Assembly (NCBI GenBank): GCA_045837725.1
Contig: JBEWZL010000115.1
Location: forward strand, 62,001 to 126,000
Origin: Vermamoeba vermiformis
Taxonomy: Eukaryota
DNA: 64,000 bases
Direction of reading: 5' to 3'
Below are positions 13,804-26,837 of the stretch, piece after piece (position 1 is the first letter of the stretch; the number at the start of each line of letters is the position of its first letter). The notes beneath the pieces are model-generated. The model saw only the letters and a program-made list of their open reading frames with translations. It did no database searches and had not been told where the DNA came from. A program made the translations under genes and the position numbers.

Positions 13804-16399
13804 ATGCGTCTTGCTACTCTTGCCACGTGTAACTTGGCCCAGTGGGCGATGGATTTCGAGGGCAACCTTCAGAGAATCAAAGAATCTATTAAAATTGCCA
13901 AAGAAAAAGGGTAAATTTATCGGACTAGGCTTAATATATCACCACTAAATTTAATCAAATCAGAAGAAAATTGTAGTTAATTATTGAAATTGAGTTTTGC
14001 TTATCGGAGTTGCAATTCCATTATTAGGGCTCGTTATCGCTTAGGACCCGAGCTAGAAATATGCGGCTATGGATGCGAAGATCATTTCTTGGAGCCCGAC
14101 ACTGAGCTGCACAGCTGGGAGTGTTTGGCAGATCTGCTCAAGACAGATCTCACTGACAACATACTCGTAAGTTAAGCTACTCACGCTATGTCCCCCTATT
14201 AACATTTAATGCATTAGGTCGAGTTAGGCATGCCAGTCTCCTACGGCGGAGTGCGCTACAACTGTCGTGTCTTCGCGCTGAACAGAAAACTCGTCTTTAT
14301 TCGCCCCAAACTGACCCTCGCCACTGACGGCAACTACCGAGAGGTACGGCCCTGCTACTTATGACTATATATACGCTGTGCTTACTGTGCTGCAGGACCG
14401 CTGGTTCACGATCTGGACGCGCGAGCGACAAGTTGTGCAGTACACACTGCCCCACGTGATCAGTCACGTGACTGGTCAGCGCACAGTGCCCCTCGGTGAC
14501 GGCATACTCGTGCTGCGCGATGTGACCATGGCCCCCGAGGTGTGCGAAGAGCTGTTCAGTCCCGTCAGTCCGCACAGTCTGCTCGCACTCAACGGCGTCG
14601 AGTTGTTCACGAACGGCTCTGGCTCGCACCATCAACTGCGCAAACTCAACTACCGCGTGGAGCTGATGAAAGGTACGCTGCGATCACGTGACACGCGCAC
14701 TGACACGTGACAGGTGCGATGGACAAGAACGGCGGCGTGTACGTGTACTCCAATCAGCAGTGCTGTGACGGCGGTCGACTCTACTTTGACGGTTGTGCGA
14801 TGATCATCTCGAACGGGCAAATGATCGTGCAGAGCGATCAGTTCTCACTGCGCGAGGTCGATGTCATGACAGCTGTCGTGGACTTTGAAGAAGTGACACG
14901 CTATCGTGCGGGCATGGGATCACGTGCCAATCAAAGTGCACATTTGCAGGCACACATGATTTATCCTAAAATAGAAGTCGATTTCGCGCTGTCAGTAGAC
15001 CCCGTCGCGACTCACCAGCGCCAGGCCCCGACACCCGCTGTGCCCGTCAAGTACTTGCCCGTCGAAGAGGAGATTGCGTTTGGTCCCTCGTGCTGGCTCT
15101 GGGACTACTTGCGTCGGTCAGGCATGAGCGGCTATTTCTTGCCGCTGTCTGGTGGTGCCGACAGCAGTGCGACAGCAGCCCTGGTAGGCATCATGTGCAA
15201 GCTGATTGTGCAGGACATTGGCGAGGGCAATCAACAGATCCTCGCCGACATTCAACGCGTTGCTGGCATGGACCACACTTGGGTGCCCAAGACTGCTGAA
15301 GAGGTAGTGGTGCCGCACTCTGTTTGACACGTGTCACTAACACACCTGCATTAGATTGCCAACAAGATCTTCGTGACGTGTTACATGGCCTCCAAGAACA
15401 GCGGTGAAGAGACGCGTCGTCGAGCGGCAGCGCTGTCCAAACAGATCGGTGCCATGCACTTGGAGATCGCCATTGACCCCGTGACCAGCGCACTCGAACA
15501 AGTGTTTGTCAGCACCACGAAGAAACAGCCCAAGTTCAAAGTGCACGGCGGCTCTGAGACTGAGAACTTGGCCCTGCAGAACATTCAAGCCCGCTCACGC
15601 ATGGTGCTGGGCTATCTGTTCGCGCAACTGACGCTGTGGAGTCAAGGGCGCAAGGGCAGTCTGCTCGTGCTGGGCAGTGCCAATGTCGACGAAGCACTGC
15701 GCGGCTATTTGACCAAGTACGACTGCTCAGCGGCAGATATCAATCCCATCGGTGGCATCAGCAAGACAGATCTGAAGAGTTTCTTGGCCTGGGCGAGCAC
15801 TGGCTGGGCCAACTACACCGTGCTGCGCGACGTCGTGACAGCTGTGCCGACAGCAGAGCTGGAGCCCAGTGTGGAGGGGCACGTGCAGCAAGATGAAGTG
15901 GACATGGGCATGACATATCAAGGTCAGTATCACCACAACACAGGTGCGCACAATACTAACTGCGCGCACAGAACTGACGCACTACGGTCGATTGCGCAAG
16001 GTGCACAAGTGCGGACCAGTGGCCATGTTCCACAGACTGCTGACTGCCTGGCCAGACTTGACACCGAAACAAGTGGCAGACAAAGTGAAGCGATTCTTTT
16101 ACTATTACTCCGTCAATCGCCACAAGTCCACTGTGTTGCCTCCAGCCTATCACGCAGAGGGCTACAGTCCCGACGACAATCGTTACGATCTGCGTCAGTT
16201 CTTGTACAACGTCAAGTGGCCCTGGCAGTTCAAACAGATCGACGCCGCTGTGCAGGCACTCGAAGCACCACCCACGGCCAGTGCACTCAAGACACAAGAG
16301 GACGAGACGAAGCAACGTGAACGCGCGCTGCTGGAAGAAGAGGCACGACTGTTGCAAGCCAAGCTCGATGAAGTGCGCAACAAGTTGAAGTCACTGTAA
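13804..16399 (+). CDS. NADSYN1: Glutamine-dependent NAD+ synthetase
   Basis: [91 protein letters not shown]. Confidence 0.97.
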
Positions 16400-16403
16400 T
16401 TCG

Positions 16404-16418
16404 AATAAACTGTTTATT
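16404..16418. terminator. Back-to-back AATAAA polyadenylation signals in the 30-bp gap between convergent genes
   Basis: AATAAAC-T-GTTTATT inverted repeat between stops at 16399 (+) and 16430 (-). Confidence 0.55.
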
Positions 16419-16429
16419 ACACAATGCAT

Positions 16430-19400
16430 TTAAGACCACTGCAAGGTGAATTCAGAGCCCATGGAGAGAGTGAGGCCACTGACTGCCAAGACTTGCAGCT
16501 GACTGCTGTACGACACTGCGACACCTTTCACGGACTGACCATTGATGAGCACGCGCGTCACTGGACTGGTGACACCTGACACGCGCACTGACTGCAGACT
16601 GAGTGCTGCGAGGGGTGCGTAGCTGCAGCCATGTTAGTACTGCTGCCACATCGATGAACAAGCACGTGACTTACCCGTTCTGTTCGAGCGTGGCTTTGAG
16701 CTGACCGTTACGCACGCTGTAAATCACGTGACTGTAGTTGCCAGTGGTCGCGACATCGAGCGAGACACCATCGTCCCAATAGAGCTCGCCACTCGCATCA
16801 CCAGTTGACACCGAGTGACACGAGCAGTTTGAAGGGGTTCTTGCGCGCAGCAGTGGTGGTCAACGCTGGCTCTTGCAACACCAGCACTGACTCGCCGCGC
16901 AGATGCAGATTGATCTTGTCGATCGGTGCGTCTATTTATAGCTGTCAGTACTCCGATACCTTTGCAACTATTCGCAACACTCACCCAAGGTCTGCACGCC
17001 ACTCTCGACAGGTGCGCCGCTGTAGAAGTCGTACCACTGCGCGGCTGGTGGGAAATATCCCTGCACGGAGGTCGCACCCTGAGCGAGCACGGGTGTGATG
17101 AGCAGACTGGCACCGAGCAAGTACTGCGCGTCAATCTCCAGGCAGTTGTCGTCAGCGGGGAATTCGAAGAACAGAGCACGTGCTACTGGCTGACCAGTCA
17201 CGTGTGCGGTGAAGAATTGCGTGTAGAGATAGGGCAGGATGGAATAGCTATATTTGGGCATGAGATCTGTGGCTGCGAGTGATCTACCAGGGCACTTACC
17301 GAATAAGGAGCACGTCACGTGATATTTTAGCCAATTTAGGACCAAAGGCGTAGGGCTCTTGACTGCGCTGATTCACTGAATTGTGATCGCGGCTAAAAAT
17401 AGATGCAATGCTCAGCACATAAGTCCGTTGCTAAATATAGCACTTACGCGAATGGATAAAAAGCACCGAGCTCAATCCAGCGCGTGCAAATCTCCTCTGT
17501 GGTGTCGCCGTTGAAGCCGCAAATGTCCGCACCGACGAGTGGAATACCAAATAAGTTCATGGTGAGAATTCCTGCAATGCTTTCGTACATGGCTTGGAAG
17601 GTGCTGTAGTTGTCGCCGAGCCAGTGCGCGCTGTTGTGTCCCGTGCCTGCAAATGTCGAGCGACCAATCACCACTGAGCGCTGCTGCAAATAGCTCTCCA
17701 GGGCATTCTTCGTAGCTGGCCCTGGTCAGTGAACTGCGGCAACAAGAGCTAAAAATAGCACTACGTACCAATGCCCTCGAGGTGACCGTACAAATTGTGC
17801 GCGTTATATTCTAGCGTGCTGTAGTGTCGCGCACTCAGCGAAATCGTGTGGCGATCGAGTGCATCACCGCCGTTCACTGAAAGCACGTGTCAGTCGTGCA
17901 ATTAATACCGTGACACGTGTCACTTACCAATCTTGAACGGAGGATTGTCGGGATCAAATCTTCCGTCACGTGATATGGTGGCACGTGACTCGCGGGCAGG
18001 ATTGCACTCGCCGTTACAGAAATTTGAAATTTCATTCATGTCAATCCACAGGCCATCGAACTCAATGCCTGATTGATGGAATTTCACGATTTGATTCTTC
18101 CAATACTCCGCTGTCTTGGGGTGCGTGAAATCTAGCATTGTTAGCCATTTTAGGAAGGTGCTTTAAATAGTTACCTGGGAAATAAGTGTGGCCGGGCCAG
18201 ACTTTGCCTAAAAAGTACTGCACAACCAGTCAGCGCGTTCACTGAAACAATGCCACGTGTCACTCACCGAGCCGTTGCTGCTCTTAATGAACAGATCGTC
18301 TTTCAGTCCCTCGTCGTACGGGGCATATCCCTTTTCAGGATATATGCCTGGATCGACGATCATCATGTAGTGTTTGCCATCGTCTAAAAATAGATCAGCT
18401 CTGTGCCCAAATATGGCACGTGATGGACGTACCGTGCAGCTTCTTAATGAACTCGCTCATGCGCTTGAGTGGATAGCGCACTGGATCTGTCGTGAAATCT
18501 CTGCCACCAGATGAGTATACCGGTGTATACCTGAGTCTAAATATAGCTTACTTGTACTGGTCCATGTAGTCAATGTCATTCCACATGGTGTCGAGCTAGG
18601 TACAGGTCAGTATGTGACACGTGTCAGATGAAGGACAGTACGCACCGGTATACCATAATAGGTATAATTGTTGACAACATCGATCACCTCGTCCAGATTG
18701 TGGTATCCCCAGCGACACTGGTGCCAGCCGAGTGCCCAATAGGGTGGCAGATGTGGCAGACCAATCACCTGCATGTACTGACCAATCACCTCGCTCGGCG
18801 TGTCACCGATCATCACGAACTGGTCCACCACGCCTCCCATCACGCGATAGGTCAATTGGCCTGACGTCAACTGCACATCTATATTTGGAAATACGAGTGA
18901 GTTCGATTACCATATTAGGCAAGTACGCACCCATGCCGTTGCTGTTCAACAAGAACACTCCGTGAGCTCGGTGATTGCTGTCACGTGATCGTCAGTCACC
19001 ACACAATTACCAAATATAGACAACAGTTCCGTACCGCATCTCCAAGTAGAAGGGATGCACGCCGTAGAGATTGAGCATGGCTGGAGTGCCGCGATCACGT
19101 GCGTAGAGCGAGTAGGTCTGATTGCGCGCGTCTAATTTGAGTCGCGTGATGCGCTCTCCGAGTCCGTAAATGACAGGTGTCATCGGCAGCTGCGTGCTCC
19201 ACTCGAGATACTGGTCCTCGTACTGGCACTCAGTCAGCAAGAGGTACCCCCCTAGCACTATATATATATCACCCCCTGTGTGTACGTACGATCAAGGCGT
19301 TGAAAGCAGTGGCAGCACTCGGCGTGGTGTTGAACAGCACTTCTCCATCCACGCGTCGCGTCACTGCCACACCGAAGGGATTGGCCGTCCAGCTCACTTT

Positions 19401-19976
19401 GTAGTTCTGCCGCGATGGGGTTAGTATGATAGTGCCGCGATAGAGTTAGTATAATAGTGCCGCGAGGGCGTGGTGTGTGCGTACCAATGTAGCAGGTTTC
19501 TTGGAAGGCATCTCGATCTGCGTGACGTTGGGCACTGGTGAACTAGGGTCAGTACCGACCTCAATGTGGCACTCATGTATCATTACCTTGCCAACGATCA
19601 TTGTTCGGGTCTATGATCTGAATGCGCACGATATCTGAGGTCATGTAGTAGATGTTCGCGACGAGCTGTTGCAAATCCGCACCATAGGGTCCTTCAGTAC
19701 CGGCTCGTAATTGCAACGACAGTGACTACGCGGGGTATTAGCAATATAATTATAACAGCAAATTATCGCAAGCACATTTTAAATGACATTGCCGCTAAAG
19801 ATATTCTAATCGCTATTAAATAAATAAGCGTGCAAAGCCATTAATTGCACCAATTCAATATTAATATTACTGCTTACAGTGCCCCAAGGTGTTTGAGCTG
19901 AGTGAGTCACATAATACGCAGCCAAGGCGTTCGAGATGCAGAACACGAGCACCAAAGCGAGGCCAAGCAATCTCAT
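16430..19976 (-). CDS. GH31 lysosomal/secreted alpha-glucosidase (GAA/maltase-like), many introns
   Basis: Signal peptide [54 protein letters not shown] (nucleophile), [24 protein letters not shown]. Confidence 0.95.
19409..19465. repeat. 25-bp tandem duplication in a GH31 intron
   Basis: tgccgcgat(g/a)g(g/a)gttagtat(g/a)atag x2 plus a partial third copy. Confidence 0.7.
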
Positions 19977-20159
19977 CACTAGTTTGGTACACTATAAAAT
20001 ATGTAGTGACTAATACTAAGATAACAGCGCAACTGTCCGCGCTAAAAGTTTGTGTGAAATATCTCCACGAAATTTCTGAGCACGTGACCAGATCCAACAC
20101 CTGATCAAAAGATGCTTTTCTACGTAGATATTACAATATTTAATAGTATCACTGTACAA

Positions 20160-23100
20160 TTACAACGCAGTCAATCCAAAGTCATCGCTGCCATACACGG
20201 TGAAGCTGAAATTCGCCTCTTTGCCTGCCTGGAAAATGGCGGGAATGATGATGTACGTGCCTGCGGGGAGATTGAGCTCTAGCAGCACTACAATAGGACG
20301 CAGCATTAGTATTCATTCACTGCACGTAACATGAGTGCCACTTACCATCTTTGGACAAGGAGAATTCGCTTTTACCGACCAAATTGGGCTTGGTGAAGGT
20401 GAGCTTGGCGTCGTCAGCCTTGCGGAAGACATAAAAGCCCACTGCCAAGAGATCAGTCTTGGGGTTCTGATGCGGCTTCAAGTGCTGCGTGAGACACAGG
20501 AAGTAGCGCGCACTCTTCTGACTGAACACGATCAGCTTCGGATTCTGCAGCCACGTGGGATTGTTCATGCAGCCACCGCACGTGTTGTTGCTCTTGCTCC
20601 ACGCAGTCTCGTGCGAGCGTTCCACCCAATTCGAGGGCACGCGCGCGAGCTTGGTGATGTGCGGACCAATCACGCGCAGGGTGAAGCTGTTCTCCTCTTT
20701 GGGATAGAAGGTGGTCGGTATGATCACAAAGCTGCGTCCCTCGCTCGTGTTGATGGTCATGCGCTTGGACACGCGATAGTCGTTCAGATACTCGGCCGAG
20801 GCAATCACGTCCTTGCTCGTCAGCTGCATCAACTTGTCCTGCAGATCCAGCGGCGCTTTCACCACCAAGAAGCCAATGTGCGGCAGCTGTGCCTTGCCCG
20901 CAGCAGCAGGGTGGTGGTGGTGGTGCCAGGCTGCGCACTCATCACTCGGACGTTGTTGTTGTGCAGGTCCTGCTCCAGCACCAGATCGATCGTCACGTCC
21001 TCGTCGTCCACCTCCTCCAGCTCCAAGTAGTACTGCGCATTCGAGCGCCAAGTCGGGAAGTTGATGCACCCTCCTGCCGTGCACTGCACATGCGACCACG
21101 CACCCTTGATGAGCGTGGCCTGTTCGCGCACAGGGGTGAGTGTGATAATGTCGAGATCGGTGTACACTGTCATGCCGAATGAGCCCTGGTAGCCCGCATT
21201 GTAGGTGCACGGTACGATCAGATAACTGCCGCGCTCCAAGCTGAGGCCACTCATCGAGACCTCTTTGAGATCCAAGAAGTTCTTCGTCTTGTGCATCAAT
21301 TTGTCGCGCGACAGTGTGCCTGCCTCGCCCACCTCAGCCTTGAACAGATAGAAGCCAATGAACGGTCGCTCGCTCTGCACGCCACCCGTGCTCTTCGCGG
21401 TGCTTTCATCGCGGTGCAGCACAATGGTGAGCTCGTTCTTGGTGACGAGATTGAAGTGAAATTTCGGGTTGTTGATCCACGAGGTGTTGTTCATGCAGCC
21501 ACCAGCCGTGTCGCTGTTCCAGGCCCCAGTGGTCGTCGAGTGTTCCCAGGGCTTCACTTTGCTCAACATGAAGCTGCGTGTGGCGTTGTTGTTGCCCTCA
21601 GCCTTGTACGCTGCGAGCACCGAGAGGGTGAAGCGCGCAGTCTGGCCCGGTGCATAGGTCGTGGGCATCAGAATGTAGTGTCCTGGCTCTAACGCGAGCT
21701 TGCCCGGAGTGATCTCCGTCTTCTTGTGAAATTTCGAGTCTCGCGTGACGAGGGCCTCGCGCTCAAAGAACAACAACTTGCGCTGCGGTGGTGCAGGCAC
21801 TTTGATGCAGTAGAGACCAATGTGCGTCAACAGCGAGTCATTCTGCGTCAAGAAGATGTACAAGTCCACTGCGCGCTTGATGTGCAGGTAGTACTGCGGA
21901 TTGTTGCGCCACGACGAGAAGTTGATGCAACCCCCCGCTGTGTCGCCCTTCCACTCGCCTTGTATGGCAATCTCTTCCATATCGGGCACGGGCTTGATGG
22001 ACAGCTTGACATCGGGACTCGGAGTGAGCAAGTAGAGATCGTAGGTGATCTCTTCGCCCAGCGGCAACTGTTCGGCATAGGGCACGATGACGTACTTCAT
22101 GTTCGCGTCTTGGAACTGCAGCTGCGAGGAGACTTCGGGGGCACGCACGGGGGGGAACTCGCTGTGCAGACCATACGAGGGCAACACTGCCAAGCGGTGC
22201 TGAATGTCGCGCAGCTGCAGCACGTAGAAGCCAATGTTGAGCTGCGGTCTGTCCGACTTGACGGCAATGCACAGCTGACAGGGCCGGTTCACCGTCACCA
22301 CCCACTGCGGATTGTTGCGGAACGGATTCTTGGCTGCTACCTTGCCGCGCCACACACCTAGCTGTTGGTGCACTTGATAGCTCGGATTGTTGCGCACGAA
22401 TGAGGTGCTGGCAGCACTGGCGGTGGTGAATGAACGGCGACGCGTGACAGCATCGCTGTTGGTGCTGGGCGGGAAGAGATTGTCGCGACTGTTGGAGGGT
22501 GAGGTGGGCTTGTCAATGGCATCCAACTCCGCCAGCAAGGAGCTGATCTCGCGCGAGCTCTTGTTCTGCGAGTCCACTCTGTTCAGCGCTGGACGCACCG
22601 TGTCGTTGGTGCGAATGGTCACCGAAGCACGACGAGCCTTGCGCTTGTTGTCAGGCGTGCCTTGACTGCCAGGCTCCATCAGCCCACTCCAATCGATCGA
22701 GTTCCTGCGCTTCGAGCCCTGATCATTCACGCGCAGCTCAGCACTGCGACGATTGGTCGGTGTGAGCATGATCGCTGCTTGAGCCTTGCGCAGCGGAGTG
22801 CTGGGTGTGAGCACAATGTTCGGCGTGGGACTGGCAGGCACGGGACTCTCTTTGGGTGCCGAGACACGCGGACTGACCGGCACCTCGTAGTCGCTGTGGT
22901 CGTCCGAGTCGTCGTCGTTGAACTTGGCGCTGGCAATGGGCAAGTCAAACAGACCAAAGCTGTCGCCACTGCTCGCGGGGTCTGACAGCTCGCCCATGCC
23001 CTCGTTCAGACCGTCCAAGCTGATCGTGTCGTCGTCGCTGTCGTCCGCATTCGCATTGGCAATCGCCTTCATGGTGAGCTCAAAGCCCCCGTGCTCGCGT

Positions 23101-24176
23101 ATGATGCGCTCCCCGTCCTCAATCAGCGACAGCAAGTGCTCTTCGGAGCCCTTCTTCAAGAACGGATGTGACATCAACTCCTCAGCGCTGGGTCGTTTGC
23201 CGGGCTCTTTCGTCAAGCACTGCGCAATGAAGTTGTTGAACTCCTCGCTCCAGTGCTCGGGGTGTGTCAGTGTGGGCGGGGGGTTGTTGGCAATCAAGAA
23301 CAGCACGCGCATGCTGTGCAGATCGTGATAGGGCGGATTCTTCTCGGCCATTTCAATCGCAGAGATGCCGAGGGCCCAGATGTCCGCCTTGGTGTCGTAG
23401 CCAGTCTCTTGGATCACCTCTGGGGCCAGATAGAACGGCGTGCCAATCACGGTCTTGCGCTTGGTGCCGCTGTCACTCATGTCGCGACTGATGCCAAAGT
23501 CAGCGAGCTTGGCCTCGCCCTTGGTGTTGAGCAATATGTTGTGGGGCTTGATGTCGCGATGTATCTTGTTGTTCTTGGCCATAAAGTCCAAGCCCTGCAC
23601 GATCGGACGACACACCGCTGCGATCTGTTCTTCGTTGAGCGTCTTCTTGGTGATGCACATCAAGTCGTTCACACTGCCCACAGAGCAGTACTCCATGATG
23701 ATCTGCGCGCAATCGTGTTAGTCTTGTTGTACCGAGGGGTAATGGACGTCAGTTTTCGGCTGCTATAAATAGCCAGTCTTCGAATCCGCAAATATTTAAT
23801 TCTAGCGGTACTATATTGAATTTGTTGCTTACCCACATCACATCGTCTTTAAAATAATTTCCGTAATATCGTACGACCCACTGACTGACACATTTTTTCA
23901 TAATGCTAATCTCGCGCAGCAGATCAGTCGTGTCGCGGTCTACTCGAATTTTTTTGATAGCCAACAATTTGTTGGACTTTTTATGGCAGGCTTTCCATAC
24001 TTCTCCATATGTTCTAGGGACAGAAGAGTTAGCCAAGAAGATCCAGAAATTTGTTATTTAATTTTTCAACGCTAATTAATGCAAACATACCCCGCACCCA
24101 ATCGTTCTAAAAATTCGAACTCTTCTTCAATATCACCCACATTCTTGTCCTCAAGACCTGCGGCTAAACTCGACAT
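20160..24176 (-). CDS. krsB: STE20/MST kinase with C-terminal calpain domain III repeats (KrsB-like); apparent 1-nt frameshift near 20910
   Basis: GAGTYGEV, HRDIKPHN, TVIGTPFYLAPE; repeated GEW..TAGGCINF..WRNNPQY and ILMPTTY.PG..F.L calpain-III motifs; same architecture as Dictyostelium KrsB. Confidence 0.85.
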
Positions 24177-24710
24177 GGTGAGATTCGTTATTTAACCGAT
24201 CTTCAAACTATTGAACAGCACTGCAGAGCTTAGTTAGACAAAAAGCATTGATATTAATGCGTTATTCAATAGTGTTGTAAGTGCTGCGTATAATTGAATT
24301 GTTTGGTGTAACTTCTCGAGCCAAAATTTCGTGGTTACAAAACCGTGCCAAATCACCGGAGCTCAAGCACGTGATTTCAGAAGCGAACTGCAGTAAGGGC
24401 TGACATTCACCTATACCTACACGAATGAGATAGATTGCAGGAATTAGTGATCGAGTAAGTTTTTCGCGATGGATTCGCCGAGAAGCTGCAATTATTTCAA
24501 ACGACGGCAGTTGCAATAATAAGCACTAGTCATGACTACTGTGCACTTGAGCTGCTTTATGAGCGATGATTGATCTCATTTTGTTTGAGTTGAATTGAAA
24601 CGGGAAAGTTGATTTTGATTGACTTGGACCAAGTTGCATTGTTTTTAGTGCACTGAACGAGACTAAGAGAGCAGTGCAGTGAACTCGGTTCTAGTGTACT
24701 CGTCGCGATC

Positions 24711-26518
24711 ATGGAGGTAATTATGACACAGCTGCAACGGCATCATACTCGAGTATCTTTTGATTTATTAATGTGATTATTAATCAATTGCTCATTTATT
24801 AGTATAACGCGTCGATGTGGTCTAGCCCCGACAAGGAGGGTGAATTAACCAAACAAGGTACGCGCGTCAAATATTAATTGAATTTGGATGCACTTGCGCA
24901 AATTCTAATATTTACTCCCAGGCCATATTATTAAAAGTTGGAAAGTACGATGGTTTGTCTTGCAAAAGGACAATTTATTCTATTTTAAGGACCGCAAAAA
25001 GGTATGTCCAACTACAGCAACAGATTTCAATTTGCGATAGAATTGTCGATTATATCTCTTCGTTTGTAACACCAGTTGCATTCTCATAATAATATTATTC
25101 GATTCAATGGGGTGATGAAAGGTGAATAATGCTTAATCGTGTCGTTGTTGCAGGATTCACCGCCCTTGGGCTGGATTCCCCTCGAGGGTTGCGCTCTGTC
25201 CACCGACATGGCTCGCGTCAAGAAAGCTAATTGCTTCGAGTTGATAGCATCGAAGATTGACAAGACGTTTTATATTCAATGCAACTCAGCAGAAGAAATG
25301 AACGGCTGGCTAGATGCGATCAAGAAAGGTTCAGCAGTGCACGACACTGTATCAGCACCATTTGACCTCTCGCATAATGTACATGTTAATTTTGCCAAGG
25401 GTGAATTCAAAGGATTGCCCCCAGAGTGGGAGGCAGTACTCAAATCCAACGGTTTTCTCGATCCCAAAGAAGTGGAAGACAACAAGAATACAATTGCGAA
25501 TATTATCAAGATTCAAGGTGAATTTCAAAAAGACGAAGACAAGGGCGCGAGCAGTCACCCCGATACTGTCCCACTGCCCGAGCGCGACAGTGCCGTGGCG
25601 CTCAAAGACTTGGTGGGCAATGCGAGTCAACGCCAGCTGTACAAGAACTACAAGAAGATCGGCGAGGGTGCTGCTGGCGAGGTGTTTGTGGCCACCAACA
25701 TCAAGACCAATCAGCGCGTGGCAGTCAAGAAGATGCCGATCACGAATGACAACATGACGCTGCTGTGCACGGAGCTGAAGATGATGCGCGACAGTCACCA
25801 CCCGAACATCGTCGACTACATTGACAGCTTCATCGTCGACGACAATCAGCTCTGGGTGGTCATGGAGTACATGGACGGCGGTTGTTTGACGGATGTGCTC
25901 GAACAGTTCGATCAGGTCAAGCTCACTGAGCCGCAGATTGCGCGCTTGTGTCTCGACACCCTCAAAGCCCTCAGCTACATCCACGCCCACCACCGCATTC
26001 ACCGCGACATCAAGAGTGACAATGTGCTGCTCAATCTCCACGGCGAGGTCAAGATTGCCGATTTTGGTTATGCCGCGCAACTCACGCAACAGCAGCAGAA
26101 GCGTCGCACTGTCGTCGGTACACCGTACTGGATGGCACCGGAACTGATTCGCGGCAACGACTACGACGTGAAGGTCGACATCTGGTCGCTGGGCATCATG
26201 GTGATGGAGATGGCGGAGGGTGAGCCACCATATATGGAATACCCACCCCTGCGCGCGCTGTTCTTGATCACCACCAAGGGCATTCCACCGCTCAAGGACA
26301 CGGGCAAGTGGAGCAGCGAGTTCATGGACTTTTATAGCAAGTGTCTCGAAAAGGATCACGACAAGCGACCTGATGCCAACGAGCTGTTGAAGGTGAGGCT
26401 ATTTTTAGTAACAACCATTGAGTACTGACTGCTGTTCTAGCATCCGTTCTTGAAGCGCGCATGTGCCCCGCAAGAGCTGGTGAGTGCCATCAATCAAGCC
26501 AAACAAGTCGCGCAGTAG
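24711..26518 (+). CDS. pakC: PAK kinase with PH + CRIB + kinase domains (PakC-like)
   Basis: PH: KEGELTKQGHIIKSWKVRWFVL; CRIB: VSAPFDLSHNVHV..FKGLPPEW; kinase KIGEGAAGEV, HRDIKSDN, GTPYWMAPE. Confidence 0.88.
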
Positions 26519-26837
26519 AGCTGCATCTAGTGTCGTGCTGTAATATATATTTGGAATTGTGGACTAAAACTACTTACATTTGTCTGTTTAATATCGCACT
26601 GCAATTGAGTATTATGCGCTTGTCTGTCTATGATTGCCATCGCCTGCAATTTTTTCGGCCCAAGCAAGAAGGCGATGAATCGGCAATGAGATTTCTCAGC
26701 ACTTTTTTGTGCGTAGCGCAGCGTTATTGTTTGTTTGACCGCCGAACACTGCACACTACCGTTTGTTATAATTGTATCCTCACAATCCTCATCTTAGACA
26801 AACAAGTTCTGGCGAGTTAATTTTGCATCTGGATCTA

